Assembly (NCBI RefSeq): GCF_000172995.2
Contig: NC_014729.1
Span: 2,430,001-2,462,000 of the forward strand
Origin: Halogeometricum borinquense DSM 11551
GTDB taxonomy: Archaea > Halobacteriota > Halobacteria > Halobacteriales > Haloferacaceae
Direction: 5' to 3'
Length of the DNA stretch: 32,000 nt
Below the pieces are notes generated by a model that worked only from the letters and a program-made list of their open reading frames with translations, was not told the DNA's origin and did no database searches. Positions 17,412-25,287 of the stretch are shown one piece after another. A program made the position numbers and the translations under genes. Position 1 is the stretch's first letter; the number at the start of each line of letters is the position of its first letter.

Positions 17412-17801
17412 ATGCAGGGTAATTTGCCGCCAGAAGCACAGGAGAAACTCGAAGAACTGCAGGACCTTCAGGAGACGGCCCAGAAGGTGGCCGCACAGAA
17501 GCAGCAGGCTGAGTCCACGCTCACCGAGTCCGAAACGGCACTCGACGCCCTCGAAGATATCGACGAGGACACCGTCATGTACCGCGAAGTCGGCGAACTC
17601 CTCGTCGAGACGGACTACGAGACGGCACACGAAGACCTGACCGACAAGGTTGACAGTCTCGAAGTGCGCGTCGAACAGCTCAAAAAGCAGGAAGAGCGCG
17701 TCCAAGAGCAGTTCGAGAGTCTCCAGAGCGAACTCCAGCAGATGCTGCAGGGTGGCGCAGGCGGCGGCCCGATGGGCCCCGGCGGCGCAGGCGGCGCATA
17801 A
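17412..17801 (+). CDS. pfdB: Prefoldin beta subunit
   Basis: 129 aa starting [21 protein letters not shown], with coiled-coil heptads on both sides of a central beta-hairpin region ([14 protein letters not shown]) and a Gly-rich tail. Confidence 0.88.
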   Translation: MQGNLPPEAQEKLEELQDLQETAQKVAAQKQQAESTLTESETALDALEDIDEDTVMYREVGELLVETDYETAHEDLTDKVDSLEVRVEQLKKQEERVQEQFESLQSELQQMLQGGAGGGPMGPGGAGGA

Positions 17802-17805
17802 ACGA

Positions 17806-18075
17806 ATGCCGACAGACGAGACGGTCGTCGAGACGGCCGCTGAAGCGGCCGAAGGCGTGATCTTCGCCCGCTACAAGCAGTCTGACGTGAAGGACTTCGA
17901 CGTGACCGTCACGTTCGAAGACGGAATCCTCGACGTGGACGTTTACATCAACGCGCCCGACGACGCGGATGCCGACGCCGACGACGTGGCCGACGAGGCA
18001 GCACGCACCGCACAGGATGCGGTTGACGAACTGTTCGCCGAATCGGACGCGGATTCCGACGCAAACGCGGCGTAA
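17806..18075 (+). CDS. Small acidic conserved archaeal protein (DUF3194-like)
   Basis: 89 aa: MPTDETVVETAAEAAEGVIFARYKQSDVKDFDVTVTFEDGILDVDVYINAP... It starts 4 nt after the pfdB stop. The family name is from memory. Confidence 0.6.
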   Translation: MPTDETVVETAAEAAEGVIFARYKQSDVKDFDVTVTFEDGILDVDVYINAPDDADADADDVADEAARTAQDAVDELFAESDADSDANAA

Positions 18076-18081
18076 GCCGTA

Positions 18082-18091
18082 TTTTCTCTTT
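18082..18091 (+). terminator. T-rich tract (TTTTCTCTTT) after the L37Ae-to-DUF3194 gene string
   Basis: It begins 7 nt after TAA 18073-18075, in an AT-rich 69-bp gap. Confidence 0.4.
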
Positions 18092-18115
18092 CGTTCATGA
18101 TTTCGTGAGCAATCG

Positions 18116-18125
18116 TTATTAATTT
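18116..18125 (+). promoter_or_regulatory. TATA box (TTATTAATTT)
   Basis: The box is centred about 25 nt upstream of ATG 18145. Confidence 0.5.
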
Positions 18126-18144
18126 CCTTGCCATACGATACCAC

Positions 18145-18345
18145 ATGACAACTAGAGGCGGCATCGGGGAGACGCCGCTGGACCGTCTCCGCAAGCACTA
18201 CGAGCGAACGCGTAAGCGCTGTACGGCCTGCGGCTACGTCGATACCGACGGTCGGTGGACTGCCGCGACGACAGGCAGCGAGATAACGTACGAACACGTC
18301 TGTCCGAGTTGCGGCTACGCCGACCGAATCGTCATCCAGACCTGA
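18145..18345 (+). CDS. Small zinc-finger protein (CxxC...CPxCG type)
   Basis: 66 aa with CTACGY...CPSCGY. It resembles the haloarchaeal small CPxCG-related zinc-finger proteins. Confidence 0.65.
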   Translation: MTTRGGIGETPLDRLRKHYERTRKRCTACGYVDTDGRWTAATTGSEITYEHVCPSCGYADRIVIQT

Positions 18346-18389
18346 AAGCGTCGGAAGCGGCCGCAACGGCGCCGATAGCGACGGCGTCG

Positions 18390-20300
18390 TCAGGTGAACA
18401 GGAAGATGAGGATGCTCACGGCCATCGCGGCCAGCGTCACGGAGACGGCGAACGCACCGCCCATGGCGACAACGGCGTTTGCGTGACTGGCGAGTGTCTC
18501 GGTTCGGTCGTTGCCGAACACCGTCACCTCGGCGCGTTCGACGGCCATCCCCGCCTCGACGGGTTCGACATCGGACAGCGCCTCGCGGGTGAGTTCGACG
18601 ATCAGTTCGCGGATTTCTCCTTGGTCAATCGCTGCGCCGACCTGGTTATCCGCCTCGACAGTGTTGACGATGTGCGTGTCCGTCGTCATCGCCTCGGCGA
18701 CGTCTGCCAGCGGGTTCTCCCCACCCGTGAGATCCGAAACGATGTCGTCGCGTAGCCCCGGTTCCATGTTGTTCCCGTCGATGAGAACGTACGCCGTCGT
18801 CTGTCCCGCGACTTCGGTGACGGCGACGCGGATGCCGAGGGGACCGATTCCTTCCCGCGGGACCCACTCCGTTTCGTCCCACGCAACGCCCATCGAGAGG
18901 TCGCCGCGGCTTGCGGAGGTAAGAGCTTCACCGCCGAGTCCAGCGGCAGTTATCATGTCGAACGACCGCTTGGACCCGGGCGTGATATGTCCGAGATCAG
19001 GGCCGTCGAGACCGTTGTTACTGTTATGCGCGTCCACGAGAAGCACGTTTTCGATCCCGGCCGTTCGCGCCTCCGTCGCCGCAGAGAGTCCTACGGCGTA
19101 CTCTACGTCGTCTGCGAAGTTTGGTGCGTACGTGGAGACGAGAACGGCGTCGTCGCCGAATCCCTGCCCGAGCATTTTCGCCTCACCGGACTGAACCTGA
19201 ATACTCTGCGTCGCTTCCGAACCGTACTCGATTTGCTCGTGTGCGGCGTCTGCGGCTTCGAGAATCGTATCGACTTCGCGTTCGGTGACGAGATTGAAGT
19301 CGTGCCCGGCAGTGGCGTGCGGAGGGAAAGCCAACCCGTCCGAACGACTGGCGACGCGTTCGGGGAAGTTCCCGCCACCGATTTCACCCATCGGGCCGGG
19401 ATGTATCATCGGCAGGATGAACCGTGCCTTCTCGCCGGCACTGGACCGGAACGAAAGCACCGTGACTGGGACGATGGCCTCCTCACCGAGTTGTTCGAAG
19501 AACTCCTCTAACTCCCGAGACCCCTCAGCGAGATGACCGATGAATCCACGGATGAAATCGAGGACCGAAACACCGAGACTGCGACGCCACGGTCGGTCTA
19601 CGACGACGATGAACGCGTAGACTCCGAGCGCGTAGATGACGCAGGTCACTCCGAGCAGGGCGAAATGGTCCGGCGAGATAGCCGACAGTTCCGCGGGAGC
19701 GCGGTCGGCCCGCACGAGGTACGGTCGCAGGTAGGCGTTGAGAATTGGACCGCCGTCGGAGAGAAATGTGAGCGTTCCGCTGTAGATAAACAACAGCACT
19801 GCCGCGGCAAGTGTCTGGAGACTCGCCGGTATCGCCGCCACGAGCAACGAGGAGCGCGAGACGGCCATGACGACGAGGAGACGGAAGGCGAACACTGACG
19901 CGAGAGCGACGACGAGTGCGTCGAAGACGAATCGCTGACCGAGACCGGTGAACACCGAAATCGTGGCTGCGATGGTGACGATGGTGACGATGATAATCTC
20001 GCAGACGAGTGCGAGAAGCGACGACCGGTTCGGCGTGAGTGTCCCGCCCACGTAGCGGTCTACGCCGGAGGTCCCGACCGCCGCGACGACGGTGGGGACG
20101 CCGATAAAGAAGATTCCTTCCCACGCGTCCTTGCCGATGAAGAACAACCCGCGCCACGTCTGCATCGACTCGCCGGAATCGAACGCGCCGACACCAGCCA
20201 TCGCCGCAATAAGGATAGCGAAAGTAAGACTGGTGTACCAACTGGGTGCGCGGAAAATAAACCGCGAGAGACCCGCTAGATCGCTTTGGGTGGCAGTCAT
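18390..20300 (-). CDS. Large membrane protein, DUF2070-like
   Basis: 636 aa. The N-terminal ~250 aa hold about 7 TM helices, followed by a large soluble domain (PMIHPGPMGEIGGGNFP...HATAGHDFN...VDAHNS) and a C-terminal TM helix. The family name is from memory. Confidence 0.6.
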   Translation of the reverse strand: MTATQSDLAGLSRFIFRAPSWYTSLTFAILIAAMAGVGAFDSGESMQTWRGLFFIGKDAWEGIFFIGVPTVVAAVGTSGVDRYVGGTLTPNRSSLLALVCEIIIVTIVTIAATISVFTGLGQRFVFDALVVALASVFAFRLLVVMAVSRSSLLVAAIPASLQTLAAAVLLFIYSGTLTFLSDGGPILNAYLRPYLVRADRAPAELSAISPDHFALLGVTCVIYALGVYAFIVVVDRPWRRSLGVSVLDFIRGFIGHLAEGSRELEEFFEQLGEEAIVPVTVLSFRSSAGEKARFILPMIHPGPMGEIGGGNFPERVASRSDGLAFPPHATAGHDFNLVTEREVDTILEAADAAHEQIEYGSEATQSIQVQSGEAKMLGQGFGDDAVLVSTYAPNFADDVEYAVGLSAATEARTAGIENVLLVDAHNSNNGLDGPDLGHITPGSKRSFDMITAAGLGGEALTSASRGDLSMGVAWDETEWVPREGIGPLGIRVAVTEVAGQTTAYVLIDGNNMEPGLRDDIVSDLTGGENPLADVAEAMTTDTHIVNTVEADNQVGAAIDQGEIRELIVELTREALSDVEPVEAGMAVERAEVTVFGNDRTETLASHANAVVAMGGAFAVSVTLAAMAVSILIFLFT

Positions 20301-20336
20301 TGTAGAGAGAGGGATTGGGAGGTCGTTAAACCCGGT

Positions 20337-20888
20337 TCAGGCGTTGCAGATGTCGAGGAAGTTCTCGAAGACTTCCTCGCCGTTCTCCGTGTGTGCCACC
20401 TCGGGGTGCCACTGGACGCCGTACAGGTCGCGGTCGGGATCACTCATTGCCTCGATTGAACAGACATCGGAACTGCCGGTGTGTGTGAAGCCAGCGGGGA
20501 CCTCTTTCACCTCGTCTGCGTGACTCGCCCAGACACGTGTCTCAGGGGCGAGCGAACCGATGAGCGGGTCGGATTCGTCGAGAACGCCGACAGTCACGTC
20601 GGCATACCCACCGTACTCACCGCTTCCGACGCGACCGCCGAGTTCGGAGGCGATAATCTGCATTCCGAGACAGATGCCGAGAACCGGCACGTCGAGTTCG
20701 AGATAGTCGGGGCAGTTGCCGATGCGATCCATATCAGGACCACCCGAGAGAACGATGCCGTCGGCGTCGATCTCTTCGGGCGGGGTGTCGTTGTCCACGA
20801 GTTCGGTGTCGATACCGAGATCACGGAGCGCTCGGTGTTCGAGATGAGTGAACTGGCCGTGGTTATCGATGACGACGATGCGAGTCAT
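20337..20888 (-). CDS. guaAA: GMP synthase (glutamine-hydrolysing) subunit A, class I glutamine amidotransferase
   Basis: 183 aa with the GATase triad context (GICLGMQ, VQWHPE). The length and sequence are typical of the archaeal split GuaA. Confidence 0.88.
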   Translation of the reverse strand: MTRIVVIDNHGQFTHLEHRALRDLGIDTELVDNDTPPEEIDADGIVLSGGPDMDRIGNCPDYLELDVPVLGICLGMQIIASELGGRVGSGEYGGYADVTVGVLDESDPLIGSLAPETRVWASHADEVKEVPAGFTHTGSSDVCSIEAMSDPDRDLYGVQWHPEVAHTENGEEVFENFLDICNA

Positions 20889-20904
20889 CAGTTACAGCCC
20901 TGTA

Positions 20905-22053
20905 ATGGGCTGGCAGTCAAAAAGCGTCCGGAACGCGACGACGGAACGAGACGAGGGCCAATCCGCCGACGGCAGCGGACTGAAGTCACTCCACCCCCTG
21001 CAACCGGATGTGGCCTCCCCACGCACTCGGACTCGCCTCCGGCCGGCCGTTCGCGCGGTGGTCGGCATCGCCCTCGCCATCGTCGTTCTCGTCATCTTTA
21101 TCTCGCTGACCGGCGGCCGCGAGGTGGTCGTCGCCGTCGCCCGTGCAGACCTTCGATTAGTCGCCGTTGGGTGCATCGCGGGCGTTGCCGCCATCTCCTC
21201 GTGGGGAGAATCGCTCCGACAGGCATTATCAACCGCGAAGCCGGTCGGCGGCCTCCACTACCGTCTCGCGTACCGCTCGGGCGATTTCGCCAGACAGGTC
21301 CTCCCGATGGGGCACCTGAGCGGGTCAGCGATAGCGAGCTACGCCGTCTCCCGACCGTTCGGATTGCAGTACGAAGAAGCGTTGGCCGCCGTCACCGTCG
21401 CCGACCTGTTGAACCTGCTCTCAGCGGTGACGATTTCGACGCTCGGCCTGCTTTTTTTGCTCCTCGATTCGGATATCGGCGACGTACGGACGTTCGTTGC
21501 CGGTCTTCTCGGTGCCCTCACAGTTGCAAGCGCCATATTCGTCCTCGTGACACGCCGCCGCGACCTGCTCGAACGGGCGGTCGTCACCGTCATCGCCGTC
21601 GGCCATCGGCTCGCGGCGCGGCTTGGTATCTCAACCGCCGAACGACTCCTCCGTCCGGATTCGGTCGAACAGCGAATCGAGAGCTACTTTCGGACGCTGG
21701 ACACGGTCGCCGAGAACCGAAAGCGCGTCGCACTTGCAGGCGTCTTTGCCGCTCTCGGGTGGGTGGCGTTCGGCACCGCACTCGCTGTCGCCGCCACCGC
21801 CCTTGACGTTGAGATTCCGCTGGCGGCCGCTCTGTTTGTTGCGCCCGCATCCGGTCTCGTCGGATGGTCGCCGCTTCCGGGCGGCTCTGGCGGCGTCGAA
21901 GTCGCCGTGACCGCGGGACTCGTCGCTACCGCAGGTGTTCCGGTCAGTACCGCGGCCGCCGTCGCACTCCTCTATCGGGTCTGTGGGTACTGGGTCGTGG
22001 TGGCCGTCGATGCCGCGGCGACCGGACTCCTCGCGGCGTTGTATCCGTCGTAG
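20905..22053 (+). CDS. Flippase-like membrane protein (lysylphosphatidylglycerol-synthase TM region / UPF0104 family)
   Basis: It has about 8 TM helices and the family-typical PLPGGSGGVEVAV motif near the C-terminus. The start is uncertain: ATG 20905 lies only 16 nt from the divergent guaAA start and overlaps its putative TATA (reverse complement of 20917-20924, CTTTTTGA). GTG 21010 is an alternative. Confidence 0.7.
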   Translation: MGWQSKSVRNATTERDEGQSADGSGLKSLHPLQPDVASPRTRTRLRPAVRAVVGIALAIVVLVIFISLTGGREVVVAVARADLRLVAVGCIAGVAAISSWGESLRQALSTAKPVGGLHYRLAYRSGDFARQVLPMGHLSGSAIASYAVSRPFGLQYEEALAAVTVADLLNLLSAVTISTLGLLFLLLDSDIGDVRTFVAGLLGALTVASAIFVLVTRRRDLLERAVVTVIAVGHRLAARLGISTAERLLRPDSVEQRIESYFRTLDTVAENRKRVALAGVFAALGWVAFGTALAVAATALDVEIPLAAALFVAPASGLVGWSPLPGGSGGVEVAVTAGLVATAGVPVSTAAAVALLYRVCGYWVVVAVDAAATGLLAALYPS

Positions 22054-22096
22054 CCAGCGCTCACATTATCCGTCACCGGCGAGCAAAATCGGGGAC

Positions 22097-22684
22097 TCAG
22101 CCGTCGTTACCGAACCGTTCGGCAGCCGAACTGAAACCGAACTCCTCCTGTTCGCGGGAACGGCGTTCCTCGCGCGCGGCGAACGCTTCGGGATCAGGCG
22201 AGGCGTCGTCGTCGATGCGTGCGAACGACTTGTGGACCTTCGTGTGGCACCACCGACAGAGCGCGACCGTTATCTCGTGGCTCGGTTCGTCGTCATCGGA
22301 CTGCGTTCGGTGACTGGACGAACGTCGCTCGGCGGTGTCGGCGGCGCGTTTGCCTCCGCTTCCACCGTACGACAGGTGGTGTTCTTCGAGGAGCGGCCGT
22401 GCGCCCGTCTCGTGGGCCATCCGGACCTCTTCGAGACCGCAGCGGACGCATTCGTGGCCGTCAGTCGTCGAGCGGTAGTGAGGACAGTCGCGGAATTCGC
22501 AGTCCTCGTCGGCCGCGACACAGGCGTAGTCGTCGCCGCGGCGGGCAGCAGCGAACTCGGGATCATCGCCTGCGCGGTCGAGGGCGAACCGACACCGACC
22601 GTCACCCGTGAGATGGTCACAGACGCCCGCGTAGTCGTACGGGTCGTCCACGCCGACCGGGGTTCCCGTGGGCGTCTTCTCCAT
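22097..22684 (-). CDS. Cys-rich protein with an HNH-nuclease-like beta-beta-alpha metal finger
   Basis: 195 aa. The N-terminal Cys cluster is C-x8-C...C-x6-C-x4-CPH. It is followed by CVRCG...EEHHLSY...(about 35 aa Ser/Asp-rich insert)...LCRWCHTKVH, which matches the CxxC/HH/CxxCH arrangement of HNH endonucleases. Confidence 0.6.
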   Translation of the reverse strand: MEKTPTGTPVGVDDPYDYAGVCDHLTGDGRCRFALDRAGDDPEFAAARRGDDYACVAADEDCEFRDCPHYRSTTDGHECVRCGLEEVRMAHETGARPLLEEHHLSYGGSGGKRAADTAERRSSSHRTQSDDDEPSHEITVALCRWCHTKVHKSFARIDDDASPDPEAFAAREERRSREQEEFGFSSAAERFGNDG

Positions 22685-22785
22685 GGCGTCGCGTTACGTG
22701 CGGTCGGTATTCAATCCGTGGCCCGACGCCGACCACAGGGAGACGGACCGCAGGTGGGACGACAGAAACCCCACCGCGCACGTTG

Positions 22786-22796
22786 ATTTTATATAT
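22786..22796 (+). promoter_or_regulatory. Strong TATA box (TTTTATATATT)
   Basis: The box is centred about 26 nt upstream of GTG 22817. It is the clearest TATA element in the window. Confidence 0.55.
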
Positions 22797-22816
22797 TCGC
22801 CGGGTGACGCCCCGCC

Positions 22817-23164
22817 GTGTACGTCGAACACCGTCAAGACGGGACCGGTCGAACCATCGCCAGCGACGTGGAAGTCGCAGATACGTTTCTCACGAAAGCC
22901 CGTGGACTGATGTTTCGCCGTCGCATTCCCGACGACTACGCGCTCGTCTTCGAGTTCGACGAGGTAGACAAGCGGAACCTCCACATGGTGTTCGTCCCGT
23001 TCGACATCGACGCCCTCTGGTTGGCCGGCGAGGAAGTGACGAAGAAGAAGCGACTCTCCGGATGGACCGGAATCGGCTTCGGTCTCGCCGACCGAATCAT
23101 CGAACTTCCGGCCGGTGCGGCCGACGGCATCGAGCGCGGTGATACGGTCAGGCTAGTCGAGTGA
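22817..23164 (+). CDS. DUF192 domain protein
   Basis: 115 aa. ARGLMFRR...ALVFEF...LHMVFVPFDIDALWL fits the DUF192 (COG1430) pattern. The start is GTG. Confidence 0.7.
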   Translation: MYVEHRQDGTGRTIASDVEVADTFLTKARGLMFRRRIPDDYALVFEFDEVDKRNLHMVFVPFDIDALWLAGEEVTKKKRLSGWTGIGFGLADRIIELPAGAADGIERGDTVRLVE

Positions 23165-23248
23165 CTGCGGCGCATCGGACGGCGAAATCTGTCAAGAAGG
23201 CCCGCTTTAAGTACATCCGTGGCCTCGAACCGTGTGAGCACATGACTC

Positions 23249-24820
23249 GTGGTCGATTTATTCGGGGGTAACCCCACAACACCCAACGCATCCGTTCTGG
23301 ATTCTGACGACACCGTACAGCTGTTAGATACGACGCTCCGCGATGGCGAGCAAGCACCGGGTATCTCGCTTTCGCCCGAAGAGAAAGCCGACATCGCGCG
23401 CGCACTCGACCGGGCGAACGTCCAGTACATCGAAGCGGGAAGCGCCTGCACTGGGCAGGGCGAACGTGAGACGATCCGCCGCGTCACCGACCTCGGACTC
23501 GACGCGACGATTACCAGTTTCGCCCGCGGCGTCCAACGCGATGTTGACCTCGCGCTCGATTGCGATGTCGACGGCGTCACGATCGTCGTTCCCGCCAGCG
23601 ACAAGCACGTCGAAGGCAAGGTCGGGACGACACGCGAGGAAGTGGTCGAGACGACAGGCGACCTCGTCGCCTACGCGAAAGACCACGGCCTCTGGGTCGA
23701 AGTCATCGGTGAAGACGGGTCCCGCGCGGACCTTGAGTTCCTCGTAGACATCGCGGAGGCCGCACTCGACGCCGGAGCCGACCGGTCGTGCTACGCGGAC
23801 ACGGTCGGCCACGCGAGCCCCGAGACGACGTACGAGTACGTCTCGGCACTGGCCGAACTCGGCCCCGTCTCGACGCATACACACGACGACCTCGGACTGG
23901 CGATGACGAACGTCTACGCGAGTCTGGCCGCCGGGGCTGACGTGGTCCACGGGACGGTCAACGGAATTGGAGAACGCGCCGGGAACGTCGCGCTCGAAGA
24001 AGTGGCAATAGCACTCTCGCACTGCTACGACGTCGAGACAGCGAAACTCGATGAACTCTACGCGCTGGCGCAGAAGGTCGCCCACGCGACGGGCGTCCCC
24101 CTCCCGCCGAACAAAGCCGTCGTGGGTGAAAACGCGTTCACACACGAGAGCGGCATCCACACCGACGGGACGCTGAAGGACGACGCGATGTACGAACCCT
24201 ACCCGCCAGAGACGGTCGGTCGGGAGCGCCGTCTGGTTCTCGGAAAGCACGCCGGGCGTGCGGGCGTCGCGGCCGCACTCGACGAACACGACGTTGACGT
24301 AACTGACGACGAACTCGCGGCCGTCGTCGAACGCGTGAAGGCCGTCGGCGACCGGGGCAAGCGCGTTACGGACGCCGACCTTCTCGCCATCGCAGAAGAC
24401 GTACAGGGCAGAGAACGCGACCGGCGCGTCGAACTCCTCGATCTCACGGCCGCGTCAGGTGGCGGAACACCTACCGCGTCGGTTCGTCTCCGTGTGAATG
24501 ATGAGGAACGCGTCGCCTCCGGTACGGGAAGCGGGCCGGTTGATGCGGCGGTCAAAGCGGTCCGCTCGGCACTCGGACCGGATGCAGACGCGCAACTGGA
24601 CTCCTACCACGTGGACGCCATCACCGGTGGGACGGATGCTGTCGTCACCGTCGAGGTGGAGATGTCCCACGGAGACCGGTCGGTCACGGTGGCGACTAGT
24701 GACTCGGACATCACCCGCGCCAGCGTGGAGGCGATGGTCGAGGCCCTCGACCGACTCCTCGTCGCCGTGGACGGAACCCCGGACGACACGGCTGAATCGC
24801 CGCCGCGCGCGGACGACTGA
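23249..24820 (+). CDS. 2-isopropylmalate synthase / (R)-citramalate synthase family enzyme (LeuA/CimA)
   Basis: 523 aa. It has LLDTTLRDGEQAPG, the HTHDDLG metal site, NGIGERAGN, and a C-terminal LeuA-dimer regulatory domain. Substrate specificity (citramalate versus isopropylmalate) cannot be decided by eye. The GTG 23249 start is tentative. Confidence 0.85.
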   Translation: MVDLFGGNPTTPNASVLDSDDTVQLLDTTLRDGEQAPGISLSPEEKADIARALDRANVQYIEAGSACTGQGERETIRRVTDLGLDATITSFARGVQRDVDLALDCDVDGVTIVVPASDKHVEGKVGTTREEVVETTGDLVAYAKDHGLWVEVIGEDGSRADLEFLVDIAEAALDAGADRSCYADTVGHASPETTYEYVSALAELGPVSTHTHDDLGLAMTNVYASLAAGADVVHGTVNGIGERAGNVALEEVAIALSHCYDVETAKLDELYALAQKVAHATGVPLPPNKAVVGENAFTHESGIHTDGTLKDDAMYEPYPPETVGRERRLVLGKHAGRAGVAAALDEHDVDVTDDELAAVVERVKAVGDRGKRVTDADLLAIAEDVQGRERDRRVELLDLTAASGGGTPTASVRLRVNDEERVASGTGSGPVDAAVKAVRSALGPDADAQLDSYHVDAITGGTDAVVTVEVEMSHGDRSVTVATSDSDITRASVEAMVEALDRLLVAVDGTPDDTAESPPRADD

Positions 24821-24868
24821 TAGCGGGCGTCTGGCAACCACCGGGCGGCGAATTCCGCGCCCCGATTT

Positions 24869-25045
24869 TTATCGACGGTCCGCTGCGATGAGATACGTCG
24901 TTCCGGCGCACCGCTCGAACCGAACGTCGCCGTCGAATCGTGTCCGGGCGTAGTCAGCGACGCGAACAGTCCGAAATTCGGTGACGTCGATTCGGCGTGT
25001 CTGCCCTGTGCGTTCGTCAGTTTGCTCGACTGCGAGCGCGTTCAT
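24869..25045 (-). CDS. Possible 58-aa hypothetical protein (below the track's length cut-off)
   Basis: My translation is MNALAVEQTDERTGQTRRIDVTEFRTVRVADYARTRFDGDVRFERCAGTTYLIAADRR*. A TTAT element lies about 23-26 nt upstream of the ATG. By my count, third-position GC is about 65 percent, clearly lower than neighbouring genes, so the ORF may be spurious. Confidence 0.25.
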   Translation of the reverse strand: MNALAVEQTDERTGQTRRIDVTEFRTVRVADYARTRFDGDVRFERCAGTTYLIAADRR

Positions 25046-25287
25046 ACCATATCATTCGTGAGAACGGATAAGTAGTCAATCCTAGCGGAGTGAAAGTGTA
25101 ATCAGGAGACAGCGGTGGGGTACTCGGGAGTGACCAGTTCGAGAGCCGGAAACAGAGATCGGAGTCCGAGAAGCGATAATCGGAGTTCGATTCTATCGCG
25201 TGAGTCGAGGCGATCAGGGGCAGCGGCGGACACAGCATTGCTCTCAGTCGTTCTATGACTCAACGTTTCGACGTGCCGTGGACCGCG

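Noticed and set aside
23242-23271. A 9-codon uORF (MTRGRFIRG*) overlapping the start of the citramalate/isopropylmalate synthase gene, considered as an attenuation leader peptide.
   Set aside because: It has no run of Leu/Ile/Val regulatory codons and no alternative terminator/antiterminator hairpins downstream. Leader-peptide attenuation is not established in haloarchaea. It is probably a chance ATG in the 5' region.
25173-25199. A T-arm-like string GGAGTTCGATTCT, considered as a tRNA or tRNA fragment.
   Set aside because: The flanking bases do not form a T-stem, and no acceptor or anticodon arms exist around it. It is better described as the loop region of an imperfect hairpin.
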